Below, piece after piece: positions 36,201 to 45,178 of a stretch of 64,000 nt of DNA (position 1 is its first letter; every line of letters starts with the position of its first letter). Source of the stretch: Candidatus Methylomirabilota bacterium (GTDB lineage: Bacteria > Methylomirabilota > Methylomirabilia > Rokubacteriales > CSP1-6). The translations under genes were made by a program, and so were the position numbers. Where the stretch lies: assembly GCA_035605575.1 (NCBI GenBank), contig DASTCJ010000114.1, positions 1,285-65,284 of the forward strand, in the 5' to 3' direction. The notes beneath the pieces are model-generated. The model searched no databases. It worked only from the letters and a program-made list of their open reading frames with translations, and was not told the origin of the DNA.

Positions 36201-37379
36201 ATGCGCAAATCAGAGATCGACGACCTGCTCACCACGATGCTCGAATCGCACGACAACGTCTCCGATCTCAACATCACCGTCGAACGGCCACTCCAGGTCG
36301 AGACGGCCGGTGAGCTGGTGGCGGTGCCGATCGATCCGGCCGTCGACAGCCTGACGCCGTTCCAGACGGAGATCTTCGCGCTCAACCTCATGAACAACGA
36401 CCGCCGTCTCGCCGAGCACCTCCTCCGGCAGGGCTCGTGCGACTCGTCGTATGCGCTCGCGGGCAAGGCGCGCTTTCGCGTGAACATCTTCTCGCAGCGG
36501 GGCGCCTTCTCGATCGTCCTGCGAAAGCTGGAGACGCAGATTCCGAGCATCGAGGAGTTGAAGCTGCCCGAGGCGTTCAAGAAGATGCCGGCCGAGAAGA
36601 ACGGCCTGATTCTCATCACCGGCGCCACCGGCTCGGGCAAGACGACGTCGCTGGCCGCGCTGCTCAACGAGATCAACAACACCAAGTCGGTGCACGTGGT
36701 GACGCTGGAGGATCCCGTCGAGTACGTGCACCCGCCGCGCAAGGCCACCTTCAACCAGCGCGAGCTGGGTCTCGACTACGACTCGTTCTCGAGCGGCCTG
36801 CGCGCGGCGCTGCGCCAGGCGCCCAAGATCATCCTGGTCGGTGAGATGCGCGATCGTGAGACGGCCGAGCTCGCGCTCAAGGCGTCAGAGACGGGTCACC
36901 TCGTGCTGTCCACGCTCCACACGGTGAACGCGGGCCAGGCCATCGACCGCATCATCGGTATGTTCGACCAGGAAGAGGAGAAGCAGATCCGCCAGCGGCT
37001 CTCGGAAACCGTGCGCTGGATCGTTGGCCAGCGCCTCGTCCCCAAGGTCGGCGGCGGCCGTTGGGCCGTGCACGACATCCTCTGCAACACCATCCGAACC
37101 AACGAGCTGATCCTCACCGGCGAGCACGAGGGCAAGACCTTCTATGAGATCCAGGAAGTCGGCGATCCCTACCACATGATGACCTTCGACCAGGCGCTGC
37201 TGCGCTCGTTCGAGCAGGGCATCATCACCGAGGAGACGGCCGTCGCCTACGCGAGCCGCAAGGCCATCGTGCAGCGCGGCCTCGATCAGACCAAGCAGAA
37301 GCGCGGCGAGAAGACGACGGAGATCGAGGGCCTCCGCCTCGATCCCGACTACAACCGTCGCGTCGGGGTCAAGCGCTAG
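36201..37379 (+). CDS. PilT/PilU-family retraction-type ATPase paralogue
   Basis: 392-aa ORF with GATGSGKTTS, PKIILVGEMRD and TGHLVLSTLHT. It lacks the AIRNLIRE motif and has a C-terminal extension. Confidence 0.9.
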   Translation: MRKSEIDDLLTTMLESHDNVSDLNITVERPLQVETAGELVAVPIDPAVDSLTPFQTEIFALNLMNNDRRLAEHLLRQGSCDSSYALAGKARFRVNIFSQRGAFSIVLRKLETQIPSIEELKLPEAFKKMPAEKNGLILITGATGSGKTTSLAALLNEINNTKSVHVVTLEDPVEYVHPPRKATFNQRELGLDYDSFSSGLRAALRQAPKIILVGEMRDRETAELALKASETGHLVLSTLHTVNAGQAIDRIIGMFDQEEEKQIRQRLSETVRWIVGQRLVPKVGGGRWAVHDILCNTIRTNELILTGEHEGKTFYEIQEVGDPYHMMTFDQALLRSFEQGIITEETAVAYASRKAIVQRGLDQTKQKRGEKTTEIEGLRLDPDYNRRVGVKR

Positions 37380-37381
37380 CC

Positions 37382-37846
37382 ATGGCCGACGCGATCTCGG
37401 CCCAGGAGTTCAACACCCCGCGGCTCGTGCTCGTCTGCGTGGATGACGTCTCCCGACAGAGCGTCATCAAGGCCGCGCTCGAGCAGCTCGGCTTCACGAT
37501 GTACGCCGCCAAGAGCACGGAAGAGGCGGTCGACCGGCTACGGCGCGACACCTTCGAGATCGCCATCATCGACGAGCAGTTCCAGGGCAGCAGCGCGCTC
37601 GACAACGACGTGTTGCAGGCGCTGGTCAGCATGCCGATGTCGATCCGACGCTACATGTACGTGGCGCTGCTCGGCCGGGCGTACAAGAGCTTCGACAACA
37701 TGGCGGCCTTCGCCCGGTCGGTCAACGTGGTGGTGAACCTGAACGACCTGCCGCATCTGCCCGCGATCCTGCGCAAGGGCATCACGGAGAACAACGAGTT
37801 CTATCGCGTCTTCCGCGAGATGCTCGCCGAGGTCGGCAAGCGTTAG
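37382..37846 (+). CDS. degenerate receiver-like (pseudo-receiver) protein
   Basis: 154-aa ORF starting 2 nt after the upstream stop. LVLVCVDD...FEIAIIDEQF keeps the acidic pocket and an Asp at the phospho-acceptor position. The conserved Thr/Ser and Lys-Pro of receivers are not evident. Confidence 0.55.
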   Translation: MADAISAQEFNTPRLVLVCVDDVSRQSVIKAALEQLGFTMYAAKSTEEAVDRLRRDTFEIAIIDEQFQGSSALDNDVLQALVSMPMSIRRYMYVALLGRAYKSFDNMAAFARSVNVVVNLNDLPHLPAILRKGITENNEFYRVFREMLAEVGKR

Positions 37847-37864
37847 CTCATCGGTGGCGGCGGG

Positions 37865-39850
37865 TCAGCGTCTGGGGGCGAAGGGGCTTTGCCTGGCGGT
37901 TTTGCCGGGCTCGGGCTTGCCAGGGTCGCTGGATTTACGCTTGAGGGTGATGCCGAGCTCGTAGCGTTTGTCGGTATTGGGATCGGAGTTGAAGATCGCG
38001 ATGTAGACCGCCCGGGTGTCCTTGCCGAGAGACTCGACGGTGCTGCCGCCGGCGCGGTGACGCTTCGCCACCTCGAGTTTGCCATCGGCGGGACGCACGA
38101 TCAGCCACGCCTTGTCGGAGGCGTTGCCGTTTTCCTTCAGCTTGATTTCGACATCGACGGGCAGCTTGAGCTTGTCGGCCTCCACGAGGAAGATGCGCGC
38201 CGTCAGCGGCCCGGTTGTCCCGCTGAACGTCTGCTCGCCTCCGCGCTCGCCCACCGCGCTGAGCCGACGTGAGCCGGTCGCCGAGCTGCCCGGCGTCGTG
38301 TCGTTGGTGATGATGTTCGTCGTGTCGTCCTCGTCGGTCACGCTGGCCTGCAGCCAGACGCCGGGGTCTGGCAGGACGTGGGCGAGCACGTCCCTCAAGA
38401 ACTCCGGATACGTCTTGTAGAGGCGGCCCTGGGCGACGACATACAGGTAGAGCTCCTGTCCGAGCGGGTAGGCGTCGGTGTTGCCACCGGTGGTGAACTG
38501 CGGATTGAGTCGCGTGAGCGCGGTGGCGACGAACTCCGGCTCCTCCTTGTCGATGCGCTGTAGAAGGATCGCGTATCCCTCGGCGAGCCGGCCGCCGGCG
38601 AAGTTCACGCTCTGCTGCAGCGGGACCGACAACAGGTACGGAAACTTGCCGAGCACCTCGCGCGCCGCGTTGGCCGGTGAGACGCCGCGGGTGACCAGCT
38701 CCTTGTAGCCCTTGCGCGCGCGAATCCACCACTGGGCGTTCTTCGCGGCGAGGCGCTCCAGCAAAGCCTCGCGCTCGCGCCGCTCTTCCGGCGTTTCGAC
38801 GTGAACCTGATCCGTATTCAACCGGATCTCCACCTCGAGCGGAATCTCCGCGGCCGGCTGCACCCACGGGTCGTTGGTTGGCCGCTTCGCCGGCATGACG
38901 CGCTCGAGCGGCGTGCCTCGCGCGGGATCCACAACTGGTGCCGGAGCCGCCGGTGGCGCTGCCGTCGGCGGACGCTGAGCAGCGATCAGCGGAGATAGCG
39001 GCGGCGCGATCACCGGCGGCGGCACGACGACAGGCGGCGGCACGACGACAGGCGGCGGTGCGACGACAGGCGGCGGTGCGACCACAGGCGGTGCTGCGCC
39101 GACCGGGGGTGGCGGCGCGGCGGCGCCGGCTGAGCTCGCGGCGCTGAAGAGCCCCGCGGCCCGCTCCTCACGCTCCGCCGTCGGTGCCGCTCGCGGCGCT
39201 GGCGGCGGCTCGCCCTCACGGCCGAGCTTGCCGCGCAGCGCGGCAAGCCCGAGCGGCCGCCCGAACGTCTGCGCGATCACGTCCTGGAGCGCCGCGCAGC
39301 GCTCGTCATCGAGCCGATCCCAGCCGTCGACCAGCGTGACGAGCGCCGTGAACGGTCGCAGCCGGTTCTCCAGCGTGGCCGTCTGCTCCGGGACATCGGC
39401 GGGGGCCGGGCCGCCGAGCTGTGACTGTAGCTCGCGCGCTTTCGCCTGGCACTCGACGAGACCTCCGAACTCCTTGTCCTCGCGGTGTATGAGCGCGCGC
39501 ACGCGGTCCAGCACGCCCGCGGCGTTCTCACACGCGACGTCCCACGCGGCCTGCCGCTCCCGCTCGTCCTCGGCGGCGATGACGGCGGTCGTGACGGACT
39601 CGAGATCCCGGAGCCGCATGACGGACGACGTTGCCGGGGGGTGGGGCAGCGAGGCGGCGTGCTCCAGGACGGATGCGCGGAGTACCGCGAACTCGGCGTT
39701 GACGGCGCTCAGCTCCGTCAGGAGCGATTCGGGCGGCGGCGCGGTGGCGACGAGGGCGCGGGAGGCGGCGGCCGCACGCGCGCCGACGTCGGAGAAACGG
39801 ACTCGGAGCGCGGCGATGCGCCGCTGGAGGTCTTCGTGCGCCTGCTTCAC
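37865..39850 (-). CDS. large hypothetical protein (661 aa) with a central proline/valine hexapeptide repeat
   Basis: Long ORF of non-junk composition. It has a helical N-terminal third, a PPPVV(A/V) repeat linker and a mixed C-terminal ~330 aa. No signal peptide and no recognised domain. Confidence 0.7.
   Translation of the reverse strand: MKQAHEDLQRRIAALRVRFSDVGARAAAASRALVATAPPPESLLTELSAVNAEFAVLRASVLEHAASLPHPPATSSVMRLRDLESVTTAVIAAEDERERQAAWDVACENAAGVLDRVRALIHREDKEFGGLVECQAKARELQSQLGGPAPADVPEQTATLENRLRPFTALVTLVDGWDRLDDERCAALQDVIAQTFGRPLGLAALRGKLGREGEPPPAPRAAPTAEREERAAGLFSAASSAGAAAPPPPVGAAPPVVAPPPVVAPPPVVVPPPVVVPPPVIAPPLSPLIAAQRPPTAAPPAAPAPVVDPARGTPLERVMPAKRPTNDPWVQPAAEIPLEVEIRLNTDQVHVETPEERREREALLERLAAKNAQWWIRARKGYKELVTRGVSPANAAREVLGKFPYLLSVPLQQSVNFAGGRLAEGYAILLQRIDKEEPEFVATALTRLNPQFTTGGNTDAYPLGQELYLYVVAQGRLYKTYPEFLRDVLAHVLPDPGVWLQASVTDEDDTTNIITNDTTPGSSATGSRRLSAVGERGGEQTFSGTTGPLTARIFLVEADKLKLPVDVEIKLKENGNASDKAWLIVRPADGKLEVAKRHRAGGSTVESLGKDTRAVYIAIFNSDPNTDKRYELGITLKRKSSDPGKPEPGKTARQSPFAPRR
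39015..39104 (-). repeat. five tandem 18-nt coding repeats (PPPVVA/PPPVVV/PPPVIA)
   Basis: The units ggcggcggcacgacgaca x2, ggcggcggtgcgacgaca, ggcggcggtgcgaccaca and one degenerate unit are contiguous and in frame. Confidence 0.85.
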
Positions 39851-39999
39851 GTGACGATGGCGTCCATGGCCGGCAGCGCAACTAGTATATCGGACGGGCT
39901 GCCCAACCCCCGCGCGATAGGAAGCTCAGTCGTGACAAGGCCTTGGCGCTTCGCATAGACTTGAGACACCGTCGGCGAAACCCCCCTGGGAGGGCGCGC

Positions 40000-40656
40000 A
40001 TGGTCTTACGAAGAGTGTGCGGACTCGTCGCAGCGGTGCTGACGCTCGGGGCGCTGGTCACGGCTCGACCGGCCTGGGCGGGACCGCCCACCGAGCAACT
40101 GCGGGCGCAGATGGACCGCGTCATCAAGGTGCTCGAAGATCCGGAGCTGAAGCGCGACGGGCGTCAGGCCGAGCGGCGGGCGGCCATCCGTCGCCTGGCC
40201 AACGACATCTTCGACTTTCCGGAGTCGAGCCGGCGCTCGCTCGGGCCGCACTGGAACGCCCGGACGCCGGCCGAGCGTGAGCAATTCGTCAAGCTGTACG
40301 CGGATCTCCTCGAGCGCTCGTATATCGACAAGATCGAGATGTACAGCGGCGAGCGCATCCAGTTCGTCGGCGAGACCATCGAGCGGAATCACGCCACCGT
40401 GCGTACGCGCCTGGTGACGAAGGCGGGGACCGAGACGCCGGTGGACTACCGGATGCACCGTGTCGGTGACCGATGGCTGACCTACGACGTCAACATCGAA
40501 GGCGTCAGCATGGTGGCCAACTACCGCGCGCAGTTCAACAAGATCATCCAGGCCTCGGGCTATGCATCGCTCGTGAGCAAGCTCACCGAGAAGCAGGAGC
40601 AGGGGATCGAGGCCGACCGCGACGGGTCGATCCGCAAGGCGTCGCAGACGAAGTGA
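40000..40656 (+). CDS. mlaC: MlaC/Ttg2D-family periplasmic lipid-binding protein
   Basis: Internal ATG after GGGAGGG, with a signal peptide. Sequence: FDFPESSRRSLGPHWNARTPAEREQFVKLYADLLERSY...WLTYDVNIEGVSMVANYRAQF. Confidence 0.85.
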   Translation: MVLRRVCGLVAAVLTLGALVTARPAWAGPPTEQLRAQMDRVIKVLEDPELKRDGRQAERRAAIRRLANDIFDFPESSRRSLGPHWNARTPAEREQFVKLYADLLERSYIDKIEMYSGERIQFVGETIERNHATVRTRLVTKAGTETPVDYRMHRVGDRWLTYDVNIEGVSMVANYRAQFNKIIQASGYASLVSKLTEKQEQGIEADRDGSIRKASQTK

Positions 40657-41594
40657 CGTCGGCGGTTCCGCGCGACATCGCGAGAGGCATCGCCGTCAAT
40701 CTCGCGACCGTCATGCGGGGCCAGGACGTGGCCATCCGGCGGCTGCTGGCCGCGTTTGCCAGCGGCGGGCACGTTCTGCTCGAGGATTATCCCGGCACGG
40801 GAAAGACCACGCTGGCCAAGGCGCTCGCCCGGTCGATCGGCGCCTCGTTCAAGCGCATCCAGTTCACGCCCGATCTCTTGCCCTCGGATATTCTCGGCGT
40901 CTCGATCTACGACCAGCGCGAGCATACCTTTCGCTTCTTCGAGGGCCCCATCTTCACCCACGTGCTGCTCGCCGACGAGATCAACCGCGCGTCACCGCGC
41001 ACGCAGTCGGCGCTGCTGGAGGCGATGGGCGAGGGCCAGGTCACCGTCGACGGCACCTCGTATCGATTGCCCGATCTCTTCTTCGTGATCGCGACCCAGA
41101 ACCCGGTGGAGTTTCGCGGCACCTATCCGCTGCCCGAGGCGCAGATGGATCGCTTCGCCGTCCAGTTCGGCCTCGGCTACGTCGACCCGGACGAGGAAGT
41201 CGCGATCATCGCGGCCCAGGAGCAACGCCATCCGATCGAGGACCTCGGCGCCTGCGCCACGCTCGACGACGTGCTGGCCCTGCGGCGGGCCGCGCGCGAG
41301 GTGCGCGTGAGCGACGAGCTGCGGCGTTACGTGGTCGACCTCGCCCGCGCGACCCGCCTCACCCCCGGCGTCGTCCTCGGCGCCAGCCCGCGCGCCTCGC
41401 TCGCCCTCATGGCGGCGGCGCAGGCGCTCGCCCTGCTCGACGGTCAGGCGTTCGTCGCGCCCGAGCACGTACAAGAGATGGCGGGTCCCGTGCTCGCGCA
41501 TCGGCTCGCCCTCGACCCGCAGGCCCGATTCGCCGGTCGCACGACGGACGTCGTCGTCGAGGAGATCCTCAAGACCGTTCCCGTTCCTGCCTGA
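40653..41594 (+). CDS. MoxR-family AAA+ ATPase
   Basis: In-frame GTG (GTGA overlap). Motifs: LLEDYPGTGKTTLAKALA, LLADEINRASPRTQSALLEAM, QNPVEFRGTYPLPEAQMDRF. Confidence 0.95.
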   Translation: MTSAVPRDIARGIAVNLATVMRGQDVAIRRLLAAFASGGHVLLEDYPGTGKTTLAKALARSIGASFKRIQFTPDLLPSDILGVSIYDQREHTFRFFEGPIFTHVLLADEINRASPRTQSALLEAMGEGQVTVDGTSYRLPDLFFVIATQNPVEFRGTYPLPEAQMDRFAVQFGLGYVDPDEEVAIIAAQEQRHPIEDLGACATLDDVLALRRAAREVRVSDELRRYVVDLARATRLTPGVVLGASPRASLALMAAAQALALLDGQAFVAPEHVQEMAGPVLAHRLALDPQARFAGRTTDVVVEEILKTVPVPA

Positions 41595-41597
41595 GCC

Positions 41598-42938
41598 ATG
41601 CTGCGGCGGTTCTTCTACCGCCAGTTCCGGATCGCCTCCCGCGTCTCCTGGGCGCTCGCGCGTCAGCTGACGCCGGCCGGGCGTCTCGTCGTCGGCGCCC
41701 TGCTCACCGCGCTGGTCTTCGGGCCGAACACGCGCCTCACCGTCGGCTACCAGGCGTTCACGTTGCTCGGCGCATTGCTCGCTCTCTCCACCGTCTGGGC
41801 GCTCGTGCCCCCGCCGCGGCTCGACGTCCGGCGCCGGCTACCCCGCTATGCCACGGCCGGTGAGACGGTGATCTACGACGTGGTGCTTCGGAATCGGCGC
41901 GCGCGCGCCGTGGTCGGTCTGTCGATTCTCGAGGACCTCGAGGATCCGCGCCCGACGCTCGCGGATTTTACGCTCGCGTCGGAGCCTCACGAGTCGGAGC
42001 GCAACTGGTTCGATCGCAAGCTCGCGTGGCACCGCTGGGTGTGGCTGCTGGCGCGGAACCGTCGCCTCGACGTCCGAGAGCATACCGTGAGCGAGGTGCC
42101 TTCGGCCGGCGAGGCACGGGTCCGCGTCGAGGCGCTGGCGCGCCGGCGGGGACGCGTCCGCTTTCGCGGACTCACGCTGGCGCGCACCGATCCGCTGGGT
42201 CTCGTCCGCGCGCTCCGCCGCCTCCGCGCACCGGACACGCTGCTCGTGCTGCCGCGCCGTTATCCGGTTCCGGATCTCACGCTGCCGGGAGCTCGGCGCT
42301 ATCAGCCCGGCGGCATCGCGCTCGCGTCTTCCGTCGGCGACTCCGAGGAGTTCGTGTCGCTGCGCGAATATCGTCCCGGCGACCCCCTGAAGCGCATCCA
42401 CTGGCGGTCTTCCGCGCGCCGTGGGCGCGCCGTCGTCCGCGAGCACCAGGATGAGTTCTTCGTCCGCCATGGCCTCGTGCTCGACACGTTCATGCCGCGC
42501 GGGGGCGAGCCGCGGTTCGAGGACGCGGTGGCGGTGGCCGCCTCGTTCGCCGCTGGCGTGCGCGGTCAGGAGGCGCTGCTCGACCTGATGTTCGTCGGAC
42601 CGCAGGCATACGTCTTCACGGCCGGCCGCGGCGTCGGTCAGCTCGAGCGGATGCTCGAGGTACTGGCCGACGTGATGCCGTGTGCCGACGGCTCGTTCGC
42701 GGTGCTGCATCGTCTCGTGGCCGAACGCCATCAGGCGCTCAGCGGTGTCGTGTGCGTGCTGCTCGCCTGGGACGACCAGCGCCGCGGGCTGCTGCAGCAT
42801 CTCCGCGCGCTCGGCGTGCCGGCCCTCGCGCTGCTGGTGACCGGCGCCGATCAGGCGGTCGACGCAGATGAGCTCGCGAGCGAGGGCGTGCGGCGTCTCG
42901 TGCACGACCATATCGCGGAGGGACTGGCCGGCTTGTGA
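41598..42938 (+). CDS. DUF58 domain-containing protein
   Basis: 446-aa ORF with two N-terminal TM helices and the DUF58 signature GDSEEFVSLREYRPGDPLKRIHWRSSAR. Confidence 0.9.
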   Translation: MLRRFFYRQFRIASRVSWALARQLTPAGRLVVGALLTALVFGPNTRLTVGYQAFTLLGALLALSTVWALVPPPRLDVRRRLPRYATAGETVIYDVVLRNRRARAVVGLSILEDLEDPRPTLADFTLASEPHESERNWFDRKLAWHRWVWLLARNRRLDVREHTVSEVPSAGEARVRVEALARRRGRVRFRGLTLARTDPLGLVRALRRLRAPDTLLVLPRRYPVPDLTLPGARRYQPGGIALASSVGDSEEFVSLREYRPGDPLKRIHWRSSARRGRAVVREHQDEFFVRHGLVLDTFMPRGGEPRFEDAVAVAASFAAGVRGQEALLDLMFVGPQAYVFTAGRGVGQLERMLEVLADVMPCADGSFAVLHRLVAERHQALSGVVCVLLAWDDQRRGLLQHLRALGVPALALLVTGADQAVDADELASEGVRRLVHDHIAEGLAGL

Positions 42939-44917
42939 GACCGCCACGCGGGATGATGGGCGCCGCCCTGCTCTTCTGGGGTTGGCAGACCGGCTTTCTC
43001 GTGGCCGCCGTCGCCATGGCGGCCGTCATCGAGGCGCGCTCGCTCATCGACGTGCGCTGGGATCTCTCGCGCAGCGACTTCAATCGCATCTCGGACGTGA
43101 GCGCCGTCCTGCTGGCGCTCATCGCCGTCTACCACGTGCTGGGCAACGACTCCGCGCGCGCCGTGCTGGCGATTCTCCAGTGGCTGCCGCTGATCGTCTT
43201 TCCGCTGGTCGCCTGCCAGCTCTACGGCGCGGCCGGCGTGCTCGACGCCTCCATCTTTCTCTGGAGCTTGCGGCGTCGCGCCAACGCGGAGCCCGACTAC
43301 GCCGGCATGCCGGTCGATCTCGCGTATCCCTTCGTCGCGCTGACCCTGCTCTCCGCCAGCGCCGCCAACGTGCGCTCGGGCTTGTTCTTCGTCGGCTTCG
43401 CCGCCATCACCGTGTGGGCCCTGTGGGGCGTCCGCGCCCGGCGCTATTCCACGCCGGTGTGGCTCGGGATGGTCGCCGCTGCCCTCGCCCTCGGCTGGGC
43501 GGGACAGCTCGGTCTGGCGGCCGGGCAGCGCGCGCTCGAGCGGATGGCGACGGCGTGGTTCGTCGACTATCTCGGACGTGAGGCCGATCCCTACCGAGCG
43601 ACGACGGCGCTCGGCCAGGTTGGCGAGCTGAAGCTCTCGTCGCGGATCCTGCTTCGCGTCGAGACGCCGACGGCGCCGCCGCCCGCCCTCCTGCGCGAGG
43701 CCAGCTACAACATCTACAACGCGCCCACGTGGTACGCGGTCGACGCCCCGTTTCGGCACGTCACGCCCGAGAGCGACGGCGCCACGTGGCGGCTCGCGTC
43801 GCGGACTGCGGAGGCGGGCCCGGTGACGATCGCCGCCTATCTGCGTCGCGGCAAGGGCATGCTGCCCGCGCCGAACGGGACGGTGGAGCTCGCGAACCTG
43901 CTCGTCGTGGAGCTCGCGAGCAATCGGATGGGCGCCATTCGTGTCGAGGAGGGTCTGGGCCTCGTGCGCTATGGCGCTCGCTACGCCGGCGCCGCCGCCG
44001 ATGATCCGCCGACCCGCATGGACGTCGCGGTGCCCCGCAGCGAGGCGCACGCCGTCGGCCGCATCGCCGAGGACCTGCGCCTCTCCCGGCTGGCGCGCCA
44101 CGACGCCGTCGTCGCGGTCCGCGCGTACTTCCGCGACGGGTTTCGATACTCACGGTTCGTGGCCGACAGCGCCGTCGGCACGACCGCGCTCGCCGACTTC
44201 CTCGAGCGAACGCGGCGCGGGCATTGCGAGTACTTCGCCACGGCGACCGTGCTGCTCCTGCGCGCCGCCGGCATTCCGGCCCGCTACGCCGTCGGCTACG
44301 CCGTCCACGAATGGAGCGCGCTCGAGCGGCGTTTCGTCGTCCGCGCCAACGACGCGCACGCGTGGGCGCTCGTCTGGCTCGACGGCGCCTGGCGGGAGCT
44401 GGACACGACGCCGCCCGACTGGGTGGAGGCCGAGCGCGAGGCGGTGAGCCGCTTCACCGTCGGGGACCTGTGGTCGTGGGGCGGTTACCTCTTCGCCCGC
44501 TGGCGCTGGAGCGAGCGCGAGGATCGTCTGACGGGGTCGGTGGGCTGGCTGCTCGTTCCGCTCTTCCTGCTGCTCGGCTGGCGGCTCTACTCGCGGCGAC
44601 GGATTGCGCGTCGCGCCGCGCGCGGGCCGACCGCCGCGCGCGCGATCGCGCGCGGCGCCGACTCGGCGTTCTACGACGTCGAGCGCGCGCTGGCACGGCT
44701 CGCCTTTCCCCGTGCGGCCGCCGAGCCGCTTTCGGTCTGGCTTCGACGTATCACGAGCGCCGGCCTGCCGGACGTCAATACCGCGCGGCTGCCGGCGCTG
44801 CTGGCGCTGCATTACCGGTATCGCTTCGACCCTCTCGGACTGGCTGACGAGGAGCGCGCCCGGCTCGCCGCCGAGGCGGGCTCGTGGCTCACCGAGCATT
44901 CGCGCGAGCCACGCTGA
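42935..44917 (+). CDS. transglutaminase-like membrane protein (TgpA-like, DUF3488 plus transglutaminase core)
   Basis: 660-aa ORF (GTGA overlap) with a polytopic N-terminus. Cys-His-Asp core: RGHCEYFATA, DAHAWALVW, ELDTTP. Confidence 0.9.
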   Translation: MRPPRGMMGAALLFWGWQTGFLVAAVAMAAVIEARSLIDVRWDLSRSDFNRISDVSAVLLALIAVYHVLGNDSARAVLAILQWLPLIVFPLVACQLYGAAGVLDASIFLWSLRRRANAEPDYAGMPVDLAYPFVALTLLSASAANVRSGLFFVGFAAITVWALWGVRARRYSTPVWLGMVAAALALGWAGQLGLAAGQRALERMATAWFVDYLGREADPYRATTALGQVGELKLSSRILLRVETPTAPPPALLREASYNIYNAPTWYAVDAPFRHVTPESDGATWRLASRTAEAGPVTIAAYLRRGKGMLPAPNGTVELANLLVVELASNRMGAIRVEEGLGLVRYGARYAGAAADDPPTRMDVAVPRSEAHAVGRIAEDLRLSRLARHDAVVAVRAYFRDGFRYSRFVADSAVGTTALADFLERTRRGHCEYFATATVLLLRAAGIPARYAVGYAVHEWSALERRFVVRANDAHAWALVWLDGAWRELDTTPPDWVEAEREAVSRFTVGDLWSWGGYLFARWRWSEREDRLTGSVGWLLVPLFLLLGWRLYSRRRIARRAARGPTAARAIARGADSAFYDVERALARLAFPRAAAEPLSVWLRRITSAGLPDVNTARLPALLALHYRYRFDPLGLADEERARLAAEAGSWLTEHSREPR

Positions 44918-45178
44918 CGGCCGCCGCGCCAGCTTCTCCTTGTCACCGCGCCGAAGACGCTTGAGCACCGCCTCTCGACGCGACGCGGCCGCGCGATCGC
45001 GCGCCGGCTCGGCCCACACGAGCCGCACGGGTCGGCGCGCGCGCGTATACTTCGACGCCGTGCCGGCGTTGTGCCGGGCGACGCGCCGGGCGAGCGCGTT
45101 GGTGATACCGGCGTAGAGGGTGCCGTCCGCGCAGTGCAGGAGGTAGCAGAACCATCGAGGTCGCGAGCGTCGGGCCAT
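44150..45178 (-). CDS. GIY-YIG nuclease family protein; only the first ~85 codons are homologous, and the frame then runs without a stop antisense to the transglutaminase gene
   Basis: ATG at 45178. Sequence: MARRSRPRWFCYLLHCADGTLYAGITNALARRVARHNAGTASKYTRARRPVRLVWAE...REAVLKRLRRGDKEKL. The first in-frame stop is at 44150. Confidence 0.6.
   Translation of the reverse strand: MARRSRPRWFCYLLHCADGTLYAGITNALARRVARHNAGTASKYTRARRPVRLVWAEPARDRAAASRREAVLKRLRRGDKEKLARRPSAWLARMLGEPRARLGGEPGALLVSQSERVEAIPVMQRQQRRQPRGIDVRQAGARDTSKPDRKRLGGRTGKGEPCQRALDVVERRVGAARDRARGGRPARGATRNPSPRVEPPAEQQEERNEQPAHRPRQTILALAPAPAGEEVTAPRPQVPDGEAAHRLALGLHPVGRRRVQLPPGAVEPDERPRVRVVGADDETPLERAPFVDGVADGVAGRNAGGAQEQHGRRGEVLAMPAPRSLEEVGERGRADGAVGHEP

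Noticed and set aside
34853-36754. 633-aa minus-strand ORF opposite pilT and its paralogue, and the similar 492-aa ORF at 56202..57680
   Set aside because: Both are antisense to strongly supported genes, with no recognisable motifs and biased composition.
39015-39104. Tandem repeats here, at 5640-6050 and at 60997-61143, considered as possible CRISPR or other non-coding arrays
   Set aside because: The units are contiguous with no spacers, are multiples of 3 nt (18, 36/9-12, 21), and are in frame inside long ORFs. No cas genes are present.
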